NCBI GenBank assembly: GCA_041749375.1
Contig: JBGTBN010000035.1
Coordinates: 7,016 to 71,015 of the forward strand
Length of the DNA stretch: 64,000 nt
DNA from: Spirochaetota bacterium
GTDB lineage: Bacteria; Spirochaetota; UBA4802; UBA5550
Direction of reading: 5' to 3'
Position numbers and translations under genes: made by a program. The notes under the pieces are model-generated. The model worked only from the letters and a program-made list of their open reading frames with translations, searched no databases and was not told where the DNA came from. Of this stretch, positions 41,397 to 49,797 are shown piece by piece (position 1 is the stretch's first letter; each line of letters opens with the position of its first letter).

Positions 41397-42548
41397 TTAT
41401 TTTTGAAATTTTTCAAACTGCCTGCCGGTCAGCGTCTTCATGAACGCGACCAGCGCGGCCTTCTCGTCGTCGGTCAGGTCAAGGGGCCTGATGCCGCCGC
41501 TCAGGTGGTGGGTTATCTTTTCTTTGTCGGAGCTGGCGCCGCCGCGGTTGTAATGGTCCACGACCTCCTCCAGCGTCTTCAGGGAGCCGTCGTGCATGTA
41601 GGGCGCGGTCAGCGTTATGTCCCGGAGGGTGGGGGTCTTGAAGGCCCCGACTTCGGATATGTTCCGCGTCACTGCGAACCTGCCGAGCTCCGACGCTTTT
41701 GGATCCCCCAGCACTTTCAGATCCACGTCCGTGCTCGAGTACTTCGCCTTCAGGAACTCGGAGGACAGCCGCGCGATGTCGTCGTTCGCCACGCGGTTAA
41801 TGCCCGTGCCGACATTGTGGAACTTCCCGTCCGTGAACAGTGCGGTCGTGTGCTCGACCACGTGGCAGGAAACGCAGCGCCCCTTGTTGAGGAAAATGTC
41901 GAACCCCAGGATCTCTTTGTCGCTCAGCGTATTCTCGCCTTTGAAATGCCAGCGGTCGAACCGGCTGTTCGCGGATATTATCACTCGCTCGAACGTGGCG
42001 ATCGCCTTGACAACGTGACGGATCGTGATCCCGGACGGTTCGACGCCGAACACTTTTCTGAATTGCTTCACGTATTCCGGGTCGGTCCGGACGATCTTCA
42101 ATATGGGGTCATGGTTCGCAAGCCCCATCTCGACCGGGTTCACGAAGGGGTGCAGGGCCTGATCCTCCAGGTCCGGCGACCGCCCGTCCCAGAACTGCGA
42201 TGTGTTATACGCGGCATTGATGGCCGTGGGCGCGTTCCTCGTGCCTGTGAGCTTATCAATGCCCTCGGACACCTTCAGCGGGCTGTCGGTAAATCCCTTC
42301 TCCGGGAGATGGCAGGTGACGCATGCGACCTTCCCCGTTGAGCTGAACCGCTCGTCCCGGAATAGCTTTTCCCCCAGCAAAACTTTTTCCTTTGTAATGG
42401 GATTGTCCGCGGGAACTACCAGCGCCGGAAGTCCGAGACGCGATGTATCCGTTAGAAAATCGGACAGCACGAACTTCGCATCCGGCTGGTTTGCTGCTAC
42501 GAGTATGAGTACGATTGAGAGTGGAAACAGGTATCGTTTCATGTGCAC
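41397..42548 (-). CDS. Di-haem cytochrome c peroxidase (CCP/MauG family)
   Basis: CVTCH and CVSCH haem sites. PTLRDITLTAPYMHDGSLKTLEEVVDHY. Confidence 0.9.
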   Translation of the reverse strand: MHMKRYLFPLSIVLILVAANQPDAKFVLSDFLTDTSRLGLPALVVPADNPITKEKVLLGEKLFRDERFSSTGKVACVTCHLPEKGFTDSPLKVSEGIDKLTGTRNAPTAINAAYNTSQFWDGRSPDLEDQALHPFVNPVEMGLANHDPILKIVRTDPEYVKQFRKVFGVEPSGITIRHVVKAIATFERVIISANSRFDRWHFKGENTLSDKEILGFDIFLNKGRCVSCHVVEHTTALFTDGKFHNVGTGINRVANDDIARLSSEFLKAKYSSTDVDLKVLGDPKASELGRFAVTRNISEVGAFKTPTLRDITLTAPYMHDGSLKTLEEVVDHYNRGGASSDKEKITHHLSGGIRPLDLTDDEKAALVAFMKTLTGRQFEKFQK

Positions 42549-42899
42549 CTCCGAATGAGATAAAATTGAAGCATGTCGCCTAAGCCGTGCTTGATGCTTG
42601 ACTGAAACAATCCAGTAAAAGAGAGAACCTTTGAGTGCGCCGTGATTTATTCTAAGTAATCCGGCATGGTGATGGCGTTAACGAATTCTAATGGACAATC
42701 AACCGCACCGAAGTATGCGACTGGTCTAAAATAAATATTTTGATGAACGATTGGATGAACGTATTGAAAACAAGATACTATGTAAACAGCGGTTATATCA
42801 AGAAAAAAATCAATTAAATCTAAAAAATATGACATTCGTCCGGGTCTATGAATTCTGAGCGCCGGGGATGATTCTGAATAATCAGTTGATGAATCAGCA

Positions 42900-42928
42900 G
42901 GAAGGCCGGACCGATGCCCCGGCCTTCC
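42900..42928 (-). terminator. Hairpin downstream of the OM protein gene (GGAAGGCCGG..CCGGCCTTCC)
   Basis: 10-bp GC stem 11 nt beyond the stop of 42939..43682. No clear U-tract. Confidence 0.5.
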
Positions 42929-42938
42929 ATGGGGCCTG

Positions 42939-43682
42939 TTACTGGTAGGTATCCGCGAACCGGAACATGATTCCCACCGACGCGTATCCCTCGATCCCGT
43001 GCTCTGTGATCCTGTCGTTGTACTTGTTGAAGGGCATATAGGGGACGATGGCCGCGATCACCTCCCGCTTCTGTGTGCCGAGGCGGTACCCGTAGGTCAC
43101 ACCAGCGTCCAGGCACAGGCTCACGTAGTCGCCGATGTGGATATTCACGCCGAAGGCCAGGCCCGCGTCCGCGCCGAAGATACTGTACCTGTTCCGCTCC
43201 TTGAAGATGCCTGTGTAAAACCAGGGTGTACCCATGCCCAGGAACAACTCGGCGCTGGGATTCTCCGTGCCGATGAACAGGCGGTTGCCGTTGCCGCGGT
43301 AGTACTGGAATCCGATCTGCGGGCCGAGCCAGAACTTCACGTAGTCGTTTTTCGCCAGTGTGAAAGCGAACGTATTGCTCAGGTGCAGGCTGTTGTAGTT
43401 TGACTTGGTCAGGAGATCGTTCCTGAACAGGCCGCCGCCGAGCTTCAGCCTGTAGCTGAACGCGCTGTCGCAGGCAACGCAGGTGTCGAAAATGAGCCCG
43501 GCCCTGAACCCGTAGCTCGTGGCCGTGCCGCCGGAGTCTTCCAGGGAGCGGGACTTGACCTTGCGGTATCCTTCACCGCCCGCGGCGTCGATATAGGCGC
43601 ATATGCCTATGGCCCAGGCGGACGATGCGGCGAATGCTACCAGTAATCCGGTTAGTATGAAAAGACTGCATTGCTTTTTCAT
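42939..43682 (-). CDS. Outer-membrane beta-barrel protein
   Basis: Signal peptide ..AASSAWA. Alternating beta-strand pattern with aromatic-rich C-terminal strands (VGIMFRFADTYQ). Confidence 0.7.
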   Translation of the reverse strand: MKKQCSLFILTGLLVAFAASSAWAIGICAYIDAAGGEGYRKVKSRSLEDSGGTATSYGFRAGLIFDTCVACDSAFSYRLKLGGGLFRNDLLTKSNYNSLHLSNTFAFTLAKNDYVKFWLGPQIGFQYYRGNGNRLFIGTENPSAELFLGMGTPWFYTGIFKERNRYSIFGADAGLAFGVNIHIGDYVSLCLDAGVTYGYRLGTQKREVIAAIVPYMPFNKYNDRITEHGIEGYASVGIMFRFADTYQ

Positions 43683-43862
43683 GTAAAATCCTCCAATGCT
43701 TCATGGTATGTATTTGATCGCTGATCATGGGAAAAAGTTCTTTGCATACGCGGTTTTCTTCCCTGGAGTTGTAAATACCCCGTTTCAAATAAAAAACCGA
43801 ATACCGGCATTAATAATATATTCTGCAGGCGATAAAGTAAAGAGAAAAAAGGAGCAGGGAAG

Positions 43863-43900
43863 CCCTTCCGCCTCTCTATGGCAGAGGACGGGCGGAAGGG
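43863..43900 (-). terminator. Hairpin downstream of the second OM protein gene (CCCTTCCGCC..GGCGGAAGGG)
   Basis: 10-bp stem 25 nt beyond the stop of 43925..44659. Confidence 0.5.
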
Positions 43901-43924
43901 TTGTCCGGCAAGAGCCTTCCGGAA

Positions 43925-44659
43925 TTACTGGACCTCGATATTAATTTTTTTTCCCGTATCGGTTGTATACGCCTCATTCGGTTTGGCCGTGTAGGTATCA
44001 TTGATCCTGAATATGACCGCCATGGTGGCGAAGCCCTCTAACCCTTCGCCCGAAACTTCTCTCTTTGTTCTGAACAGATCGGATTTGGTCTTCCCCACCG
44101 TAAAGCCATAATCAAGACCCATCTCGAAGGAGAGGGTGATGTACCGGCCGAAATTGAAGTTGAAACCGGCCAGCACCAGCCCTATATCCACCTTGAATGC
44201 TTCCATGGTAATGTTATCATTCATAAGGAAGATAGGAAGTAACGCCATCGGTATGAATCCGAAGCTTTCAAGGTCAGGGCTGGCGGCATATTCCATACGA
44301 ATGTAATGGAGGCCAATCCGCGGCCCGAACCAGAAGCGTGCGCCCTCGCTGCGCAGTTGAGCAGGGGAGACACCGAACGTCTGGATGATGCTAGCGCGAG
44401 TCTGTGGTTCCATGCTTGCCCAGTTCCTGCCCGCGCCCAAGCGCAGGCGGTAGTTAAAGAGGCTGTCATTCGCTACGTTTGTATCGAGCAACAGTCCGCC
44501 CGCAACTCCGATATCGTCCGAGGATATGCTATTAGTAGTTCTGGATTTCGTCATGCCCCGCTGAAAATCGCCGTACACGCCGATGCCGACCGCCATTGCC
44601 GATGTTGTCATGATTAAAACGATGCATGCTGCCATACCCAGTGAAAGTAAATGTCTCAC
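43925..44659 (-). CDS. Outer-membrane beta-barrel protein, paralogue of 42939..43682
   Basis: Signal peptide ..TSAMA. Blocks shared with its neighbour: LFNYRLRLGAG/AFSYRLKLGGG, FWFGPRIG/FWLGPQIG, EGFATMAVIFRINDTY/EGYASVGIMFRFADTY. Confidence 0.7.
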   Translation of the reverse strand: MRHLLSLGMAACIVLIMTTSAMAVGIGVYGDFQRGMTKSRTTNSISSDDIGVAGGLLLDTNVANDSLFNYRLRLGAGRNWASMEPQTRASIIQTFGVSPAQLRSEGARFWFGPRIGLHYIRMEYAASPDLESFGFIPMALLPIFLMNDNITMEAFKVDIGLVLAGFNFNFGRYITLSFEMGLDYGFTVGKTKSDLFRTKREVSGEGLEGFATMAVIFRINDTYTAKPNEAYTTDTGKKINIEVQ

Positions 44660-44945
44660 AAGTTCCTCCAGTTAAAGCAAAATTTGTAAGGGAGTAACGA
44701 TGTGGAGTAACGAATACCCCCGCCCCATTCCTATTGAGTATAGTTTCATCAAGTGTAATTTGAAAACAAAAAAATTGGACGGCGATAAATTTTTTTACCG
44801 GATTGTATACAATTGACTCGATGCGTGAGAGATGTGCATTACGAGTAGTAATAAAATTAAAATATTAAAATAAAATTATATATTATATGGAAAAATATAA
44901 AGCTGATTGCGGAACAGCTGACGGTTTGTTTTCATCCGGCAGTTT

Positions 44946-45069
44946 GCTCTGACCCCCCGTCCGGGCGATAACTACCGCCAAAGGCTGAGCCAGGATGGCG
45001 AAGTCCCGACTTGCGGCATGGATGCCGCATAAGTCGAGGCTCTGACCCCCTATACTAGTGATAACTATC
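44946..45069 (-). repeat. Inverted copy of the GATAGTTATC / GGGGGTCAGAGC dispersed repeat
   Basis: The reverse complement contains GATAGTTATCAC (45058-69), GGGGGTCAGAGCC (45038-50), GGTAGTTATCGCC (44964-76) and GGGGGGTCAGAGC (44946-58). Confidence 0.7.
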
Positions 45070-45108
45070 GGCACCTAAAAAAAATTATGTCCCGTTAGAA
45101 AAAAAGCT

Positions 45109-45134
45109 TAAAGTATTCACTAATCAGCCGATTA
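45109..45134 (+). promoter_or_regulatory. Sigma28 (FliA)-type promoter candidate TAAA-N14-GCCGATTA
   Basis: TAAA at 45109-12 and GCCGATTA at 45127-34, 40 nt upstream of the flgB ATG. Confidence 0.5.
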
Positions 45135-45174
45135 GATTAATAGGCTGTAATTCCGTATTTTGAAGAGGATCGAG

Positions 45175-45603
45175 ATGTTCGAGAACAGTAACATGATGGT
45201 TACCAATTATCTCCTGGAAAAGGGGCTCGATAACGAGTCGCTCAGGAGAAAGGTCATAGCCAACAATATCGCCAACGTGGATGTGCCTCACTTTAAAAGA
45301 AGCGAGGTCAATTTCGAGAGCGAGCTGAAGCGGGCGATCCTGGACAGGGAAGAGAAGGAGAACAAGCTGCCGGCCCTGATGACCGACGAGCGCCATATCC
45401 CTTTCTTCGTTCCAAGGGATATCACGACCGTGCGCTCGCGCATAAACCTCGATTACAACACCTCGTACCGCAATGACGGCAACAATGTGGACATAGAAAA
45501 AGAGATGGTCGACGCTGCCAAAAACATGATGCGTTACAACGCGTTCACGACCAGCCTGAACAACAATTTCAAGATGCTCAAGCTCGTCATGAGGGCGGTG
45601 TAG
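45175..45603 (+). CDS. flgB: Flagellar basal-body rod protein FlgB
   Basis: LRRKVIANNIANVDVPHFKR and C-terminal YNAFTTSLNNNFKMLKLVM. Confidence 0.85.
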   Translation: MFENSNMMVTNYLLEKGLDNESLRRKVIANNIANVDVPHFKRSEVNFESELKRAILDREEKENKLPALMTDERHIPFFVPRDITTVRSRINLDYNTSYRNDGNNVDIEKEMVDAAKNMMRYNAFTTSLNNNFKMLKLVMRAV

Positions 45604-45619
45604 GTAAAGGAGATCCATA

Positions 45620-46084
45620 ATGGGAATGTTCGACAGCTTTAACACATCGGCAACCGGGCTCACGGCCCAGCGCCTGCGGATGGACCTGATCAGCAACAAC
45701 GTCGCCAATGCCACCACCACGCGCACGCCGGAGGGCGGTCCTTACCGGAGGAAGCGGGCGATTTTCGCGCCAATCAACATCCGACCCAACTACAAGTCGC
45801 CCATAGTGCCGAACCGCATCGAGAGCGGCATCGGAAAGGGCGTGCGGGTCGTCAAGATCGAGGACGACCAGGCGCCGTTCCGGCTTGTGTACGACCCGAC
45901 CCATCCCGACGCGATCAAGACCGGCCCCAAGACCGGGTACGTCGAGATGCCGAACATCAATATCGTCATGGAGATGACGGACCTTATATCGGCCTCCCGG
46001 TCCTACGAGGCCAACGTGCAGATGATCAATAACGAAAAGTCAATGTTCAACAAGGCCCTGGAAATCGGAAGGGGCGGGGTATAA
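45620..46084 (+). CDS. flgC: Flagellar basal-body rod protein FlgC
   Basis: SATGLTAQRLRMDLISNNVANATTTRT..VEMPNINIVMEMTDLISASRSYEANV. Confidence 0.9.
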   Translation: MGMFDSFNTSATGLTAQRLRMDLISNNVANATTTRTPEGGPYRRKRAIFAPINIRPNYKSPIVPNRIESGIGKGVRVVKIEDDQAPFRLVYDPTHPDAIKTGPKTGYVEMPNINIVMEMTDLISASRSYEANVQMINNEKSMFNKALEIGRGGV

Positions 46085-46095
46085 GGAGGTAGATC

Positions 46096-46257
46096 ATGTA
46101 CAGGGAAGCGGCAGTGAGCAGTGAGGTCCATATTTCGCATGCCTTGTCCAGGCGTTTCTGCCTGAAGCGCGATGAGCGGACCTGGGACCGTCTCGACGAC
46201 CTGGGACTGGCGTCCAAGATCGAGATGCGGTATAATGATATAAAAGGAGTGCAATAA
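46096..46257 (+). CDS. Unannotated 53-codon ORF between flgC and fliE
   Basis: AAGGAGG lies 6 nt before the ATG at 46096. The TAA stop (46255-57) overlaps the fliE ATG (46257). Product MYREAAVSSEVHISHALSRRFCLKRDERTWDRLDDLGLASKIEMRYNDIKGVQ. Falls below the ORF-track size cutoff. Confidence 0.4.
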   Translation: MYREAAVSSEVHISHALSRRFCLKRDERTWDRLDDLGLASKIEMRYNDIKGVQ

Positions 46258-46586
46258 TGAATATCCTGAGCGGCGAACCGATCGGCAATATCGTGGAGAT
46301 GAAAAAAACCCACCCGCTTCACTATGACAACGGCGTGAAGCGGGAGCCGGGATACGACGACGTATCCACCTCCTTTGCGGACGCCCTGACGAAGGCGCTG
46401 GGAAAAGTGAACGATCTGCAGTCGAATTCGGAGGAACTGGCCCAGAAGATGATGTACGAGCCTGAGTCGGTGGACATCCATTCGGTCATGATAGCCGCGC
46501 AGAAGGCGGAAGTCGCGATGACTTTTACCAAGGCAGTGCGGGACGAGGCGATCCGCGCGTACCGGGAGCTGATTAACCTGAGGTAA
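46257..46586 (+). CDS. fliE: Flagellar hook-basal body complex protein FliE
   Basis: FADALTKALGKVNDLQ..DIHSVMIAAQKAEVAMTFTKAVRDEAIRAYRELINLR. Confidence 0.85.
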   Translation: MNILSGEPIGNIVEMKKTHPLHYDNGVKREPGYDDVSTSFADALTKALGKVNDLQSNSEELAQKMMYEPESVDIHSVMIAAQKAEVAMTFTKAVRDEAIRAYRELINLR

Positions 46587-46607
46587 CAGAGACCCCCTCC
46601 CGACCTT

Positions 46608-46641
46608 CCGATAGGTCCGCAAACGTTTGCGGACCTATCGG
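46608..46641. repeat. Perfect 34-nt palindrome CCGATAGGTCCGCAAACGTTTGCGGACCTATCGG
   Basis: Lies 22 nt after the fliE stop. Type member of the hairpin family. Confidence 0.8.
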
Positions 46642-46823
46642 GAAACGGCTTCCGGAACGCCCCCGATTCAATTAATTTTTATGTATATTTTTATTATTAT
46701 TTTTAGAAAAATTAATTGACATTTTTTTTTGTTTTGATAAAGTGTATTATGTCTCATTATGTTTGCTCGTAACGCGCTATTATTCAGGCACAGCCGTGCC
46801 CCTGGCGGCCTGAGGAGGACCAT

Positions 46824-48524
46824 ATGCAGGAATTATTTGCGAAACTGTTCGGCCAGATGAAAGAGCTCTTCGCCAAGCTCGACCGGACGAAAAAAATCAT
46901 TATCGGCGTTGTAACCGGCGTCGTTGTGGCGGCCTTTATCGTTCTCTTCTCCGTCTCGAGCGGCCAGCCCAACGTCGTGCTCTTCACAGATCTTTCCTCG
47001 GATGATTTCGGGCAGGTGACGAAAAAGATGGAAGAGATGGGGTTTGCCTACCAGACGGTTGGGAATACCAGCATCATGGTCCGTCCGGCGCAGCGCGAAC
47101 TCATCATGACCAAGCTTGCACAGGAGAAGATGATCCCCAAGGGCATCCCCGGATGGAAGCTCTTCGACATGACGAAGTGGACAGAGACCGAGCGCGAGCT
47201 TGACGTAAAATTCATGCGGTCCCTCAGGGACGAGATCAAGCGCCACATCGAGTCACTTGAGAACATCGAGAAGGCCGATGTGGACATAGCCATGACCGAG
47301 GACAGCATCTACACGGAGGTGGAGACTCCGTACACTGCGGCCGTTACCATCCACCTCAAGGCAGGGTACGATAAACTCTCGCAGAAAGAGATAAAAGGCA
47401 TTATTTACCTGGTGTCGCGGGCCGTGGGCAACCGGCTGAAACCGGAAAATGTTACCGTGACCGACTCGACGGGCAATATCATATCCGATTTCGACGACGA
47501 GCTCGATAAGGCGAAGACCGAGTACACCATACTCGAGTACCGGCACAAGCTGGAGGAGCGGGCGCGCGTAAGGATGCTAAAAGACATCAGGGCCGGCCTG
47601 GAGCGGATCTACTCGGCCGACCGGATCCAGATACTGCGGCTCAACATGGACTTTAACTGGGACAAGGTGGCCGAGGAGCAGGAGGAATACACTCCCATTG
47701 AAATGGTGAAGGACAATCCCGCCACCCCGTACTCTGAGCGTGAAACAAAGGATAACCTGGTCATTTCCGAGAAGAACACGAAGGAGCGGTTCCAGGGACA
47801 CGGCTGGAACCCGGAGGGGCCGGCCGGCACCGAGGGGAATGTTCCCCCGGGCTACAAGGCAAGCGACGACCAGTATTCCAAGTACAGCAAGAGCGAGGAC
47901 ATTAAAAACAACGCGGTCAACAAGACCACGCGTAAGATTGAGCGGGATCCCTATGACATCTCCAGGGTATCGGTCGCCATCGCGATAGACGGCGTTCAGA
48001 ACCTGCCGATACACCCGAACGGCGACTACGACCTGGACCCGACAAAGGAGCCGGTACAGACCGGCCTGTCGCCGGATGAGCTGAAAAAAGCTGAAAACAT
48101 TGTAAAAAAATCGATTAATTATGACGAGGCCAGGGGCGACCAGGTTGCGGTCGAGAACATCATGTTTGACCGCAGCAAATACTGGGAGTCTCTCCGCGCC
48201 GAGTTCAGGAAGAAAGAACAGGTCAAGAAGATACTGCTGGCGGCCCTGATCGGGGTCATCTCGCTGTTCATCGGATTTATCCTGTTCCGCGCGATCACAA
48301 AGGAGCTGGAGCGCCGGAGAAGGGCAAAGGAAGAGGCCCTGGCACTGGAGCAGCAGCGGATGCGCGAGGCCGCCCTGCGTGCGGCGGAGGAGGAGGGCAT
48401 AGACGTGGAGCTCTCCCTGGAGGAGCGGGCGAGGCTGGAGCTGCAGGAAAACGCCATGAACCTGGCACGGGAAAGGCCGGACGACGTGGCCCAGCTCCTG
48501 CGCACCTGGCTGGCGGAGGAATAA
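46824..48524 (+). CDS. fliF: Flagellar M-ring protein FliF
   Basis: N-terminal TM helix, YscJ/FliF blocks (GFAYQ...RELIMTKLAQEKMIPKG), a C-terminal TM helix and an acidic tail. Confidence 0.9.
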   Translation: MQELFAKLFGQMKELFAKLDRTKKIIIGVVTGVVVAAFIVLFSVSSGQPNVVLFTDLSSDDFGQVTKKMEEMGFAYQTVGNTSIMVRPAQRELIMTKLAQEKMIPKGIPGWKLFDMTKWTETERELDVKFMRSLRDEIKRHIESLENIEKADVDIAMTEDSIYTEVETPYTAAVTIHLKAGYDKLSQKEIKGIIYLVSRAVGNRLKPENVTVTDSTGNIISDFDDELDKAKTEYTILEYRHKLEERARVRMLKDIRAGLERIYSADRIQILRLNMDFNWDKVAEEQEEYTPIEMVKDNPATPYSERETKDNLVISEKNTKERFQGHGWNPEGPAGTEGNVPPGYKASDDQYSKYSKSEDIKNNAVNKTTRKIERDPYDISRVSVAIAIDGVQNLPIHPNGDYDLDPTKEPVQTGLSPDELKKAENIVKKSINYDEARGDQVAVENIMFDRSKYWESLRAEFRKKEQVKKILLAALIGVISLFIGFILFRAITKELERRRRAKEEALALEQQRMREAALRAAEEEGIDVELSLEERARLELQENAMNLARERPDDVAQLLRTWLAEE

Positions 48525-48531
48525 TAGGTCC

Positions 48532-48658
48532 GTCCCGAAAGCGGTTGCCGAGTGAATTTCGCATATTATACCGCTTGTCTCGATACGATTTTGCCGCTTC
48601 AGGCGTCAAAATCACTCGACAAGCGTTGCGAAATTCGTATCGAGGCAGCTTTCGGGAC
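48532..48658. repeat. 127-nt imperfect rod-like hairpin in the fliF-fliG gap
   Basis: Paired blocks: GTCCCGAAAGC/GCTTTCGGGAC, GAATTTCGC/GCGAAATTC, CTTGTC.CGA/TCGACAAG, ATTTTG/CAAAAT. Confidence 0.7.
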
Positions 48659-48714
48659 ATACCCGTCAAGGGGGAGGGGCCCAATTTTGGTTTGACTTTC
48701 ATATATTTATACTG

Positions 48715-48738
48715 TTAATTAGATGTGCAGGCCGATAA
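48715..48738 (+). promoter_or_regulatory. Possible sigma28-type -10 box GCCGATAA upstream of fliG
   Basis: GCCGATAA at 48731-38, 42 nt before the fliG ATG. The -35 is poor (TTAA with a 12-nt spacer). Confidence 0.3.
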
Positions 48739-48780
48739 TAGAGGAAACGAGTTCCACCTGACCTTAGGATGGATTAACAG

Positions 48781-49797
48781 ATGCTTCAAACGAAAAAGAC
48801 ACAGCTGACGGGGCGCCAGAAAGCGGCCATTTTCCTCGTTTCCCTCGGCTCCGAGGTTTCCTCGGAGATATTCAAGCACCTGCGTGAAGACGAGATCGAG
48901 CAGTTGACCTTCGAAATTGCCCGCCTTGACAGGATCGAGCCTGAGGACCGGGACAAGGTTTTACAAGAGTTCCAGGAAATGATGATGGCGCAGGAGTTCA
49001 TCCAGAACGGCGGTATCGATTATGCCCGCGACGTCCTGGAGCGCGCCCTCGGCACGCAGAAGGCCATCGACATCGTGAACCGCCTGACCTCGTCCCTTCA
49101 AGTCAGGCCGTTCGACTTTATCCGGCGCACCGACCCGAGTCACCTTTTGAACTTCATCCAGGGCGAGCACCCGCAGACCATCGCCCTGATACTGGCATAT
49201 CTCGATCCCCAGAAGGCGGCCCAGATACTTGGCGGCCTCTCGCACCAGATCCAGGCTGACGTCGCCAAGCGGATCGCGCAGATGGACCGGACTTCGCCTG
49301 ACGTTCTCCGCGAGGTCGAGCGCGTTCTGGAGCGGAAGCTTTCCACCCTGGCCAGCGAGGACTTCACCTCGGCCGGCGGTATCGACTCCATCGTCGAGGT
49401 CCTGAACAACGTGGACCGCGGAACGGAGAAGATCATTATCGAGGCCCTCGAGGAAGAGGACCCGGAGCTGGCGGAAGAGATCAAGAAGCGTATGTTCGTG
49501 TTCGAAGACATCGTCCTGCTCGACGACCGGTCGATCCAGAAGGTGCTCCGCGAGGTGGAGAACCAGGAGCTGGCGAAAGCCCTCAAGGGCGTGGACGCCG
49601 AGGTGCAGGAGAAGATCTATCGCAACATGTCGAAGCGCGCGTCCGCGCTGCTCCGCGAGGACATGGACTTCATGGGGCCGATCAGGCTGCGTGACGTCGA
49701 GGAATCGCAGCAGAAGATCGTAAATATCATACGCAAGCTTGAGGAATCCGGCGATATCATAGTGGCGCGGGCCGGTGAGGAGGAACTGGTTGTCTAA
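48781..49797 (+). CDS. fliG: Flagellar motor switch protein FliG
   Basis: LTGRQKAAIFLVSLG..EIEQLTFEIA..MFVFEDIVLLDDRSIQKVLREV. Confidence 0.95.
   Translation: MLQTKKTQLTGRQKAAIFLVSLGSEVSSEIFKHLREDEIEQLTFEIARLDRIEPEDRDKVLQEFQEMMMAQEFIQNGGIDYARDVLERALGTQKAIDIVNRLTSSLQVRPFDFIRRTDPSHLLNFIQGEHPQTIALILAYLDPQKAAQILGGLSHQIQADVAKRIAQMDRTSPDVLREVERVLERKLSTLASEDFTSAGGIDSIVEVLNNVDRGTEKIIIEALEEEDPELAEEIKKRMFVFEDIVLLDDRSIQKVLREVENQELAKALKGVDAEVQEKIYRNMSKRASALLREDMDFMGPIRLRDVEESQQKIVNIIRKLEESGDIIVARAGEEELVV

Noticed and set aside
45066-45090. A sigma54 promoter (GGCAC element) upstream of flgB
   Set aside because: GGCAC at 45069-73 is not followed by a TTGC(A/T) element at the required spacing. A sigma28-type match nearby fits better.
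46716-46750. A sigma70 promoter TTGACA...TATTAT upstream of fliF
   Set aside because: The spacer is 23 nt, far from the 16-18 nt optimum. Alternative -10/-35 pairings are weak. I only note the region as AT-rich and promoter-like.
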